From a virus: a stretch of 64,000 nucleotides of DNA. Below the pieces are notes generated by a model, which worked only from the letters and a program-made list of their open reading frames with translations, was not told the origin of the DNA and ran no database searches. Of the stretch, positions 57,268-63,901 are shown one piece after another (position 1 is the stretch's first letter; the number at the start of each line of letters is the position of its first letter). The stretch lies in the IMG/VR virus record IMGVR_UViG_3300025892_000010; one strand, given 5' to 3'. A program made the position numbers and the translations under genes.

Positions 57268-59121
57268 TTAATAACTTGATGATGATGTATAACCTACACC
57301 TGCCTCGGCAGAACCACCAACAAAACTATCCTCTTCTACGGTAATTAATGAGTTTGCAACATCAATCTCTACAATTTGGTCTCTTACAGGAATAACATCA
57401 TTTGAATTTGGTTGTACCGTAATTTCAATTATTGTAGAAGCTTGACCTCTAATATTTGATATTGAAGCAACATTTAAAGAATTTAATGTGACTTGACCTG
57501 TTGTGTAATCAATTGTTCCTTGCGTGTTGTTTGCATAAGTTTTAACACCACTAACTAGATAATATCTTCTAACATTACCATTACCATCTTCATCTAAAAA
57601 CATTTCAAAATTACTTCCTGTTACCTTGAAACCTGTTGAACTTAAAATACCACCACCTGACATATTATGGCCTGTGTGAGGATTATATAATGAGTTTCTA
57701 AAGTAAATGTTATATGCAGCTGAGCCACCTAAAGTTGGTGTGAAACTTTTTCTAATTTTTATGGTTGTTATGTTAGATAAAATACTTGCGTCTGTATTAT
57801 CAATTAATCCTGTTAATTTAGAAAATCTAAACACACTATCAAATTTTTGTAATGTGCCTGTATTGTAATTTGTAATTGTAGATATAATATCTGATTTTAA
57901 AGTTGTTGCTGATTTAGTGGTTGACTTTGCGTCAAACTTTACGTTTGATGTTATTAAAACTGAAGTTGTTTCAGGATCCACAATTTCTGGTTTTACTGAA
58001 GCAACGTTATATGGTTTTAAACCATTTACAATATCTAATTTTGTTTGGTCAGTTAAAGTAGAACCTGAAGCTGCCTTAATTGCAATCTTCACAATACCAT
58101 ATCTTGGCGTTTCATCATCTTCACCACCCCAAGAACTAACTGATAATGCATTTGGATAAATTTGTTTTACAAGTGTTTCATAATCTGTTGTTGTTACCGC
58201 TCTATCTTGAGCTGCAAAGTTTAAAGGCGCATTAAATTTAATTGAATCATTTGCTTCTGATTCAGAACCACCTTGAGAACTTGAATTAGTTGTTATAGAA
58301 ACATCTGTAAAACCACCAACACTTCCTTGTAATTCAAAAGTTTTTGCACCGTTTGAATCACCTTTGTTGGTTACAATGTAATCTAGTATTACAATATTAC
58401 CATCTGCTAATTTATTACCGGTAACACCATCACCAAAATAAATTTCATATTTGCCGTCTCTACCCTCTTGTATAAAATAAACTTTTGTAGTAGATTCAAC
58501 ACCTGTATAACCACCTGCTAAAGTATAATTTGTAAGTGTTGTATCATCAGCAGAATTTTGTACAGATATTTTTAAAGTTGATGTATCTGCGTTTGCACTT
58601 GGTATTGTAAATTTTTGGTCAACGTCTGTTGAATCAACCGTATATTTAAATCTTACTAAAGTACCTTCAAATAAAGATACATTTGAAAAAGTAAAAACAC
58701 CGTCAGCAGGTGTAGCTGTAATATCTTCATTTGTAATATATTGATAAGAAGTACCGTTTACGCTTGATGTGTAAGTAGTACCTTTTGCCATTGTGATAGA
58801 AGTACCTGAACCGTCATTTACTACAACGTTAACTGAAGCTCTTGGTGCTCTTGGCGAGTTAGGAGTATATCCTAACATTTTTGCTAGTGATACAATATTG
58901 TTTCTAATATCGGCACTATCAAGGTATAATTCGTTTGTTGACATATTGGCCAAGTAGGCCATATAGTGAGTGTTGTAAGATAAAACATCTATAAGAACTG
59001 ATAGACCAGAACCTTCAAAATCATAATCTTGAAATGCTGTTTGACTTTGTAAAAAAGTTTTTAAATTACTTTTAATATTAATAAAGTCTAATTCTGATAC
59101 TGATAATTTATTAGTCGCCAT
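57268..59121 (-). CDS. gp6: Baseplate wedge protein (T4 gp6)
   Basis: LDF..IK.NL..FL..Q..F.DYDFEGS, L.YNTHY, YFGDG..G, QDRAVT..DY, WGGED. Confidence 0.95.
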   Translation of the reverse strand: MATNKLSVSELDFINIKSNLKTFLQSQTAFQDYDFEGSGLSVLIDVLSYNTHYMAYLANMSTNELYLDSADIRNNIVSLAKMLGYTPNSPRAPRASVNVVVNDGSGTSITMAKGTTYTSSVNGTSYQYITNEDITATPADGVFTFSNVSLFEGTLVRFKYTVDSTDVDQKFTIPSANADTSTLKISVQNSADDTTLTNYTLAGGYTGVESTTKVYFIQEGRDGKYEIYFGDGVTGNKLADGNIVILDYIVTNKGDSNGAKTFELQGSVGGFTDVSITTNSSSQGGSESEANDSIKFNAPLNFAAQDRAVTTTDYETLVKQIYPNALSVSSWGGEDDETPRYGIVKIAIKAASGSTLTDQTKLDIVNGLKPYNVASVKPEIVDPETTSVLITSNVKFDAKSTTKSATTLKSDIISTITNYNTGTLQKFDSVFRFSKLTGLIDNTDASILSNITTIKIRKSFTPTLGGSAAYNIYFRNSLYNPHTGHNMSGGGILSSTGFKVTGSNFEMFLDEDGNGNVRRYYLVSGVKTYANNTQGTIDYTTGQVTLNSLNVASISNIRGQASTIIEITVQPNSNDVIPVRDQIVEIDVANSLITVEEDSFVGGSAEAGVGYTSSSSY

Positions 59122-59122
59122 T

Positions 59123-59548
59123 TTATCTTAGCCTTTGTAAAAACGTTTGTACTTGTTGAGGACCTGGAACACCTATAACATAAAAGTAAATATCAACAAC
59201 TAATCTATTATTATCTTGGTCATCATCTACACGAACACTATTTAAATTAATTCTAGGCTCGTAGTTATTTAAAACTTCTTCTATTTTCTTTTGCAAAAAA
59301 ACTTTAGTCATTGGTGTAAAGTTTTCAAACAACAATTCTCTAATTCCACAACCCAATTCTGGTTGAAATGGTCTCTCGTAAAAACCTGTTTGAAGTAAGT
59401 TTTTTACAGACCTTTTTACAGCAACAACATCTTCAACAGATACAACATCAGAGGTAACTTGATTTCTAGTAAAGTCTAGGTCAATATCGCTAAACTTTCT
59501 TGAATTTCTATTTGAGTTGCTTACTATTGCTGAATCATATCTTGCCAT
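59123..59548 (-). CDS. gp25: Baseplate wedge subunit (T4 gp25)
   Basis: SDIDLDF, AVKRSVKNL..T..YERPFQP..G, NYEPRI. Confidence 0.93.
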   Translation of the reverse strand: MARYDSAIVSNSNRNSRKFSDIDLDFTRNQVTSDVVSVEDVVAVKRSVKNLLQTGFYERPFQPELGCGIRELLFENFTPMTKVFLQKKIEEVLNNYEPRINLNSVRVDDDQDNNRLVVDIYFYVIGVPGPQQVQTFLQRLR

Positions 59549-59556
59549 AACGGTAA

Positions 59557-59564
59557 TATTTATA
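59557..59564 (-). promoter_or_regulatory. T4-type late promoter TATAAATA (upstream of gp25)
   Basis: Exact intergenic motif. Confidence 0.75.
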
Positions 59565-59572
59565 TACTTTTA

Positions 59573-59875
59573 TTAGCCGTTTGCAAAAACATTTGGTGAA
59601 CCACTAGTCATAGCACCTGCGTCTGCACTATCACCAATTCTACCAACTTTAATACCTGAAACATACACGTTTGGCGAACCAGCATTAACATTTGCTACGT
59701 GATTAGGACAAGGTGGTAAGGGTGGGTTAGGATGTGATACCGTTGGGTCACCAATTCTTGCAATTAGTATACCATTTGCAAATACTCTATCTTGAGCTGG
59801 TGTATTTAATGTTGTTGTTCCTACACAAGCGTGTCCTGTTGATAAACTATCGCCTTTTCTACTAACTGCTGGCAT
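59573..59875 (-). CDS. PAAR-domain spike tip protein (gp5.4-like)
   Basis: R.GD...GH.C, V.ANG..IARIGD...H, C..H....AGS.NV, RIGD. Confidence 0.92.
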   Translation of the reverse strand: MPAVSRKGDSLSTGHACVGTTTLNTPAQDRVFANGILIARIGDPTVSHPNPPLPPCPNHVANVNAGSPNVYVSGIKVGRIGDSADAGAMTSGSPNVFANG

Positions 59876-59877
59876 TA

Positions 59878-60021
59878 TTACTTTCCTTGTGAGTTATAAT
59901 ATTTTAAACTTCGTTTTCTTGATTTGTTCATTGAACTTAATTTAACACCTTTTCTTTTTCCTTGTGATGTCTTTTTTGGCATTCTTTCGTGTGGTACGTA
60001 AGACTTACTCAATTTGGCCAT
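59878..60021 (-). CDS. 47-aa highly basic protein (not in the ORF track)
   Basis: MAKLSKSYVPHERMPKKTSQGKRKGVKLSSMNKSRKRSLKYYNSQGK; fills the gap between neighbours exactly; AAGGT RBS. Confidence 0.75.
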   Translation of the reverse strand: MAKLSKSYVPHERMPKKTSQGKRKGVKLSSMNKSRKRSLKYYNSQGK

Positions 60022-60024
60022 AAA

Positions 60025-60276
60025 TTACCTTTGTTGTTTTGCCTTTAATGCGGCTCTTTTCTTTTCTGTTGCTATTGCTTGTCTAACTTTTCTGCCCCAA
60101 GGTAATTCTATCGTTGTTGACATTTCTTTACCTTTTTTTGACGTATATTCTACGCCGATAAATTGGTCTTTGAAATCTCCTTGTACAGATTTAACTGCTT
60201 TTGTTAAAGACATTTGTTCCGTCTCTTTTTCTTGGCCTTTTTCATTCCAAAAAAAGAATTTTCTCATTTTTTTCAT
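60025..60276 (-). CDS. Hypothetical basic protein
   Basis: Start revised to MKKMRKFFFW at 60276, downstream of the late promoter at 60315-60322. Confidence 0.7.
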   Translation of the reverse strand: MKKMRKFFFWNEKGQEKETEQMSLTKAVKSVQGDFKDQFIGVEYTSKKGKEMSTTIELPWGRKVRQAIATEKKRAALKAKQQR

Positions 60277-60314
60277 AATTTTTTCGCTTTTTGTTAATTT
60301 TTTAGTTTTGTTTA

Positions 60315-60322
60315 TATTTATA
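60315..60322 (-). promoter_or_regulatory. T4-type late promoter TATAAATA
   Basis: Exact motif at the head of the minus-strand late block. Confidence 0.7.
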
Positions 60323-60526
60323 TTAGAAATTGCAACGTGCTTTTGCTTGTATTTTTTCAATTTGAACTATTCCGTCAAGTGATTCGCTAAGTGATTCGCT
60401 TTTTAAATCAAAATCCGGCGAATATTCGCAATTTTCAACGCTTTTTGAGCAGGAAATCGTAAAAAAGAACGAAAGTAGAACAAAAAAAATTAAAAAGTGT
60501 TGATTTATAAGGGTTTTTTTATGCAT
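60323..60526 (-). CDS. Putative small lipoprotein
   Basis: Basic N-terminus, hydrophobic stretch, lipobox-like TIS-C, two further Cys. Confidence 0.45.
   Translation of the reverse strand: MHKKTLINQHFLIFFVLLSFFFTISCSKSVENCEYSPDFDLKSESLSESLDGIVQIEKIQAKARCNF
60377..60400. repeat. 12-nt perfect tandem duplication (AAGTGATTCGCT x2)
   Basis: Seen directly; encodes SESL-SESL in the putative lipoprotein. Confidence 0.85.
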
Positions 60527-60543
60527 TTTTTTTAAATTAGCGC

Positions 60544-60572
60544 TTGCTTTTCATATTTATCTGTGGTAGGAT
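60544..60572 (+). promoter_or_regulatory. Sigma70-type early promoter
   Basis: TTGCTT-N17-TAGGAT with TG extension and T-tracts upstream; marks the strand switch. Confidence 0.7.
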
Positions 60573-60604
60573 GGTTATATAAAATGAGAAAGGACACAAA
60601 CACT

Positions 60605-60775
60605 ATGAATACAATGTTAAATGAAGATATTAAAAAACACGCTAATTTAATCAATAAAGTTGATTCTAAACTTGCTGAGATTAACTCTTTAACAAAAGAA
60701 GTTTATCCTAACAAAAATTTAGATGACGTTTTAGAGAAAGTTTTAGATAAAATCGAGTCTAATAATAATCAATAA
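60605..60775 (+). CDS. Early hypothetical protein (56 aa)
   Basis: AAGGA...ACACT-ATG start at 60605. Confidence 0.65.
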   Translation: MNTMLNEDIKKHANLINKVDSKLAEINSLTKEVYPNKNLDDVLEKVLDKIESNNNQ

Positions 60776-60795
60776 AGAAAGAGAGAGTAAACACT

Positions 60796-60975
60796 ATGAA
60801 AACAACTATTTCTGCAATATTAATTACATTAGGTCTTATTATGATGGCTGGCGCTGCTGGCGATTGTGATGGTAAATGTATAGAAAATTCAAATTCATTA
60901 GGAACTATGATATTTCTTGCCTTAACAGGTTTGATTACATTTGTTTCTGGTGGTTTAGTAGCAATTAAACAATAA
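60796..60975 (+). CDS. Early 59-aa two-TM membrane protein with a CxxxC loop (not in the ORF track)
   Basis: MKTTISAILITLGLIMMAGAAGDCDGKCIENSNSLGTMIFLALTGLITFVSGGLVAIKQ; ACACT-ATG start. Confidence 0.75.
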   Translation: MKTTISAILITLGLIMMAGAAGDCDGKCIENSNSLGTMIFLALTGLITFVSGGLVAIKQ

Positions 60976-60994
60976 CTAAAAAGGACAATACACT

Positions 60995-61357
60995 ATGATA
61001 AAAGTTGAAAAAACTGCAAAGACACTAGACGAAGGAATTAAAAACTTAATGGCTGGTGCTAAATCAGACTATGTACAATGGTCAACACTTGGTGGCAAAG
61101 AGCTAACAGGTTATTCTAAAGAACAAGTTGATAATTGGGATAATAAAACAAAAGTTAAAAACGGTAAAAAGTACATTAAGATTGTACAAGATACTGGTGT
61201 TTTTTGTTTTATTGTAAAAGAAGACTTTAAACATTTTAAAAAAGGTGATGTATTGAAAGCCGCTGGTTACAATGCACCTGCTTTAAACTCTGCAAGAGGT
61301 AATGTTCTTGCTGGTAATTACCCAATACAATGGACTGGTCCATTATACTTAAAATAA
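60995..61357 (+). CDS. Conserved phage early hypothetical protein
   Basis: GKKYIKIV....V.CFI.......KGDVLKAAG.NAPA...ARGN.....I.WTGP.YL pattern common in phage early regions. Confidence 0.8.
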   Translation: MIKVEKTAKTLDEGIKNLMAGAKSDYVQWSTLGGKELTGYSKEQVDNWDNKTKVKNGKKYIKIVQDTGVFCFIVKEDFKHFKKGDVLKAAGYNAPALNSARGNVLAGNYPIQWTGPLYLK

Positions 61358-61375
61358 CAAAAGGAGAACTACACT

Positions 61376-61645
61376 ATGTCAAAACTTAAATTTAATGATT
61401 TGCCTAAAATACTAGATTGGATAAAAGAACCTAGTCATTCTGGCCATCTTTTTATAGTTGAACAAGCTTTAAAAAGTGTTCAACAAGAACAATACAAACT
61501 TGGTACTAAAGTTACCTTTGGCAGACCTAATGGTAAAAAACATTTAGGTGTTGTTGTTAAACTTGGACCAAAGAAAGCTGTTGTTGATTGTAATGGTGCT
61601 AAATGGAGAGTACCTTATGATTTAATGAAAGTTGTAGAAGAATAA
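61376..61645 (+). CDS. Early hypothetical protein with an SH3/KOW-like C-terminal barrel
   Basis: LGTKVTFG......GVV.KL.PKKAVV.....WRVPY..M. Confidence 0.7.
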   Translation: MSKLKFNDLPKILDWIKEPSHSGHLFIVEQALKSVQQEQYKLGTKVTFGRPNGKKHLGVVVKLGPKKAVVDCNGAKWRVPYDLMKVVEE

Positions 61646-61654
61646 GGAAACACT

Positions 61655-61933
61655 ATGATTAAAACACCTAGAGATAGACGAAGAAGAGTTTTTGAGAGGG
61701 TAGTTAACCCTCTCTTAATAAAGTATTTGGTAAACCCTCATACGTATAACGGCACTTGCATAGCTGCAAATATTCCAATAAAGTATTTAAAATATTTTAA
61801 AGAAGTATCTGCTTCAAGAAGAGCAAAACGTGTCAGATATAGATATAGAGGTATTTCTAAACCAAACTATTCAAGACCTCAATCTTTTTGTCATATGAAT
61901 TACGCTGATACTTTTTCAGTTTATTACAGATAA
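61655..61933 (+). CDS. Early basic hypothetical protein
   Basis: 92 aa; RYRYRG...RPQS.C....A..FSVY. Confidence 0.7.
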   Translation: MIKTPRDRRRRVFERVVNPLLIKYLVNPHTYNGTCIAANIPIKYLKYFKEVSASRRAKRVRYRYRGISKPNYSRPQSFCHMNYADTFSVYYR

Positions 61934-61936
61934 GAC

Positions 61937-61965
61937 TTGACAATCAATTAAAACACCTGCATAAT
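61937..61965 (+). promoter_or_regulatory. Sigma70-type promoter for the tRNA
   Basis: TTGACA-N17-CATAAT ending 7 nt before the tRNA 5' end. Confidence 0.8.
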
Positions 61966-61972
61966 ACACAAA

Positions 61973-62050
61973 CTGCTCGTAGCTCAGCTGGATTAGAGCA
62001 ACAGCCTTCTAAGCTGTGGGTCGTAGGTTCGAGTCCTACCGAGCAGGCCA
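61973..62050 (+). tRNA. tRNA-Arg(UCU)
   Basis: Acceptor CTGCTCG/CGAGCAG, D arm GCTC/GAGC, anticodon arm ACAGC-CTTCTAA-GCTGT, T arm GTAGG-TTCGAGT-CCTAC, encoded CCA. Confidence 0.97.
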
Positions 62051-62053
62051 ACC

Positions 62054-62209
62054 TTATATACCTTGCATACGTGGGTCAGTAGAAAAAAGATTTTTCTTCG
62101 CCTTTGGTCTAGCAATACTATCTTTACTTCGTTTTCTTAATTGAGCTTTAGTAGAGATTTCTTTACTTTTCTCTTTTCTTAAAGCTCGTAGGTCTTTTAA
62201 CAAGTCCAT
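62054..62209 (-). CDS. 51-aa basic protein downstream of the glutamine riboswitch
   Basis: AAGGAG RBS then ATG at 62209; MDLLKDLRALRKEKSKEISTKAQLRKRSKDSIARPKAKKNLFSTDPRMQGI (16 K/R). Confidence 0.8.
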   Translation of the reverse strand: MDLLKDLRALRKEKSKEISTKAQLRKRSKDSIARPKAKKNLFSTDPRMQGI

Positions 62210-62230
62210 ACATACTCCTTTAATTAAAGA

Positions 62231-62282
62231 GCGTTTCTTCAACCGTAGGTGGTTTACTTCCGTCCGTTTCAGGATAAACGAT
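62231..62282 (-). ncRNA. Glutamine riboswitch (glnA RNA motif, class I)
   Basis: AU-CGUUU-A-UCC-UGAAAC-GGA-CGGAAGUA-AACC-ACCUAC-GGUU-GAAG-AAACG-C: P1, P2 and P3 all pair; CGGAAGUA...GAAG E-loop core and 3' C match the glnA aptamer architecture. Confidence 0.85.
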
Positions 62283-62288
62283 TATAAT

Positions 62289-62296
62289 TATTTATA
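62289..62296 (-). promoter_or_regulatory. T4-type late promoter driving the riboswitch transcript
   Basis: TATAAATA overlapping the IscA-like gene stop; predicted +1 at 62283. Confidence 0.75.
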
Positions 62297-62600
62297 CGCT
62301 AAATGATGTACCACAACCACACGAACTTGTAGCTTTTGGATTATTAAATTTAAACATAGATTCAAAATCATCATAGTTATAATCTAATTCTAAACCCATA
62401 AGATATAATTCGTAGTCTCTACTAACTAGTAGTACATCATCTACTATAGCGTCATTTCTTTGTTCTTCATCTGCAAAAGACCATTCGTAATTAAACCCAG
62501 CACAACCGCCGCCTTTGACATCAAGACGTACAAACTTTTTATTATGTTTGTTTCTTAATTCGTTTAATCTTTTATATGCGTTGTCTGATAATTTAATCAT
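62292..62600 (-). CDS. A-type Fe-S carrier protein (IscA/HesB/ErpA family)
   Basis: VKGGGCAG..Y, LDY, FNNP.A.SSCGCG.SF. Confidence 0.93.
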   Translation of the reverse strand: MIKLSDNAYKRLNELRNKHNKKFVRLDVKGGGCAGFNYEWSFADEEQRNDAIVDDVLLVSRDYELYLMGLELDYNYDDFESMFKFNNPKATSSCGCGTSFSV

Positions 62601-62607
62601 ATGTTAC

Positions 62608-63201
62608 CTACGTGTAAAATGGTCTTAATAAAGTTGCAACTAAATGAACTCTATCTATTTCACTACCATTAAAGAAGTTATGATATTTTGTATTATCGGT
62701 AATATAAGCACTACCATTTGCCGGCATATGAAAAGATTCGTCTTCAATAACCATTTTACATCCTTCATTTGTAATTATAGGTACGTGAATACGTGGCTCT
62801 GGATCCCTATGCCAAGATAAACAACTTCTTGGTGGTTTCATTAATAGTCTAACTCTACCGATTTTACCGAAATTACTCTTTAGTATATTATATACTTCTT
62901 CAAAGTAAGTATCCTTAAATTCAGGACAAATTTCAGTATAAGCGGCTTCGTCTACCGGCTCTAGTCGTTTCTGTTCAAAATTATCTGTATCAGGTTTAGT
63001 CCAATATAGACCTCTTATATTTCCACCTGTTATAGAATCTTCATCACCTGGTTTTCTGTTAACACAAATAGCATTGAAATCAATCTTGCTTTTATCATCC
63101 GTGTTATACGATAAGTGTTTGCGTATATCAAAGTAAGCTTTGCCTAACTTATCAATATCTATGCCTAAAGCATATTCGTAATAGTGTATAAAGTTTGTCA
63201 T
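62608..63201 (-). CDS. Aspartyl/asparaginyl beta-hydroxylase-family 2OG-Fe(II) oxygenase
   Basis: GRVRLL.KPPRSCLSWHRD...RIHVPIITN, HNFFNG...DRVHLV; start probably MTNF at 63201, 5 nt after CCTAAATA. Confidence 0.85.
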   Translation of the reverse strand: MTNFIHYYEYALGIDIDKLGKAYFDIRKHLSYNTDDKSKIDFNAICVNRKPGDEDSITGGNIRGLYWTKPDTDNFEQKRLEPVDEAAYTEICPEFKDTYFEEVYNILKSNFGKIGRVRLLMKPPRSCLSWHRDPEPRIHVPIITNEGCKMVIEDESFHMPANGSAYITDNTKYHNFFNGSEIDRVHLVATLLRPFYT

Positions 63202-63216
63202 ACACATATTTAGGCA

Positions 63217-63245
63217 TTGACATTGAGCCTATATAATGATAGTAT
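63217..63245 (+). promoter_or_regulatory. Sigma70-type promoter
   Basis: TTGACA-N17-TAGTAT with TG extension; back-to-back with a late-type CCTAAATA (63207-63214, minus). Confidence 0.6.
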
Positions 63246-63257
63246 ATGAAGAAAAAT

Positions 63258-63356
63258 ATGTTTAGTTGGCCTGAAAGAATATTAGGTTATTGTTTACTAG
63301 GCTATATGTGTTATGTAATAGTCTGTATGATATTAGGAACTTTTGATATAATATAA
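63258..63356 (+). CDS. Small single-TM peptide (not in the ORF track)
   Basis: MFSWPERILGYCLLGYMCYVIVCMILGTFDII; TAATG overlap with the next gene; alternative ATG at 63246. Confidence 0.55.
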   Translation: MFSWPERILGYCLLGYMCYVIVCMILGTFDII

Positions 63357-63901
63357 TGGAAAATTTTATAAAAGTATATGATGATGTATTAGACCCTCAA
63401 ATTTGTAAACAGATAATTGAAAAGTTTGAAGTCAATACTGACCAACAAGAAGACACAATCTTAAAAGGTCACCGTTCATTTAAAGAAATACAACTCAATA
63501 AACATAAAGATTGGAAACCCATAGTTGATGGTCTTTATACTACCTTTAAATCAAAAATTGGCACATATGCAAAAGAAGTAGGAATAACACCTACACAATG
63601 GCCGAGTCAATATGGCTTTGAAGCAATACGTATGAAACGTTATATGCCTAATGATATTGATGAGTTTAAAGAACACGTTGATGTAGGCGATTATAATTCT
63701 GCAAGGAGATTTTTAGTATTCTTTTTATATTTGGATGAAAACAAAGAAGGGGCCACTTCGTTCTCTAACTTTGATGTTGCTATCAAACCTAAAGTAGGAA
63801 GACTATTAATGTTTCCGCCTATGTGGACCTATTTACATACTGGACACAAACCTATTCACAAACCAAAATATATAATAGGCTCATATCTTCATTACGTTTA
63901 A
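63356..63901 (+). CDS. 2OG-Fe(II) oxygenase (prolyl-4-hydroxylase-like)
   Basis: EHVD (HxD), RFLVFFLYL, KPK.GRLLMFPP.W.Y.H.G..P...KYI. Confidence 0.88.
   Translation: MENFIKVYDDVLDPQICKQIIEKFEVNTDQQEDTILKGHRSFKEIQLNKHKDWKPIVDGLYTTFKSKIGTYAKEVGITPTQWPSQYGFEAIRMKRYMPNDIDEFKEHVDVGDYNSARRFLVFFLYLDENKEGATSFSNFDVAIKPKVGRLLMFPPMWTYLHTGHKPIHKPKYIIGSYLHYV

Noticed and set aside
225-58159. Numerous short ORFs antisense or out of frame within long genes (for example 2736-3104, 13377-13589, 23134-23355, 50099-50419, 53848-54345)
   Set aside because: They lie wholly inside well-supported genes, lack RBS or promoter context and show shadow-frame composition.
60014-60382. 122-aa plus-strand ORF
   Set aside because: It is antisense to late-promoter-driven minus-strand genes, lies upstream of the early promoter and has Phe-rich shadow composition.
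62054-62209. Naming the riboswitch-controlled protein GifA/GifB
   Set aside because: Only size, basic charge and regulatory context are similar; I cannot see convincing sequence homology.
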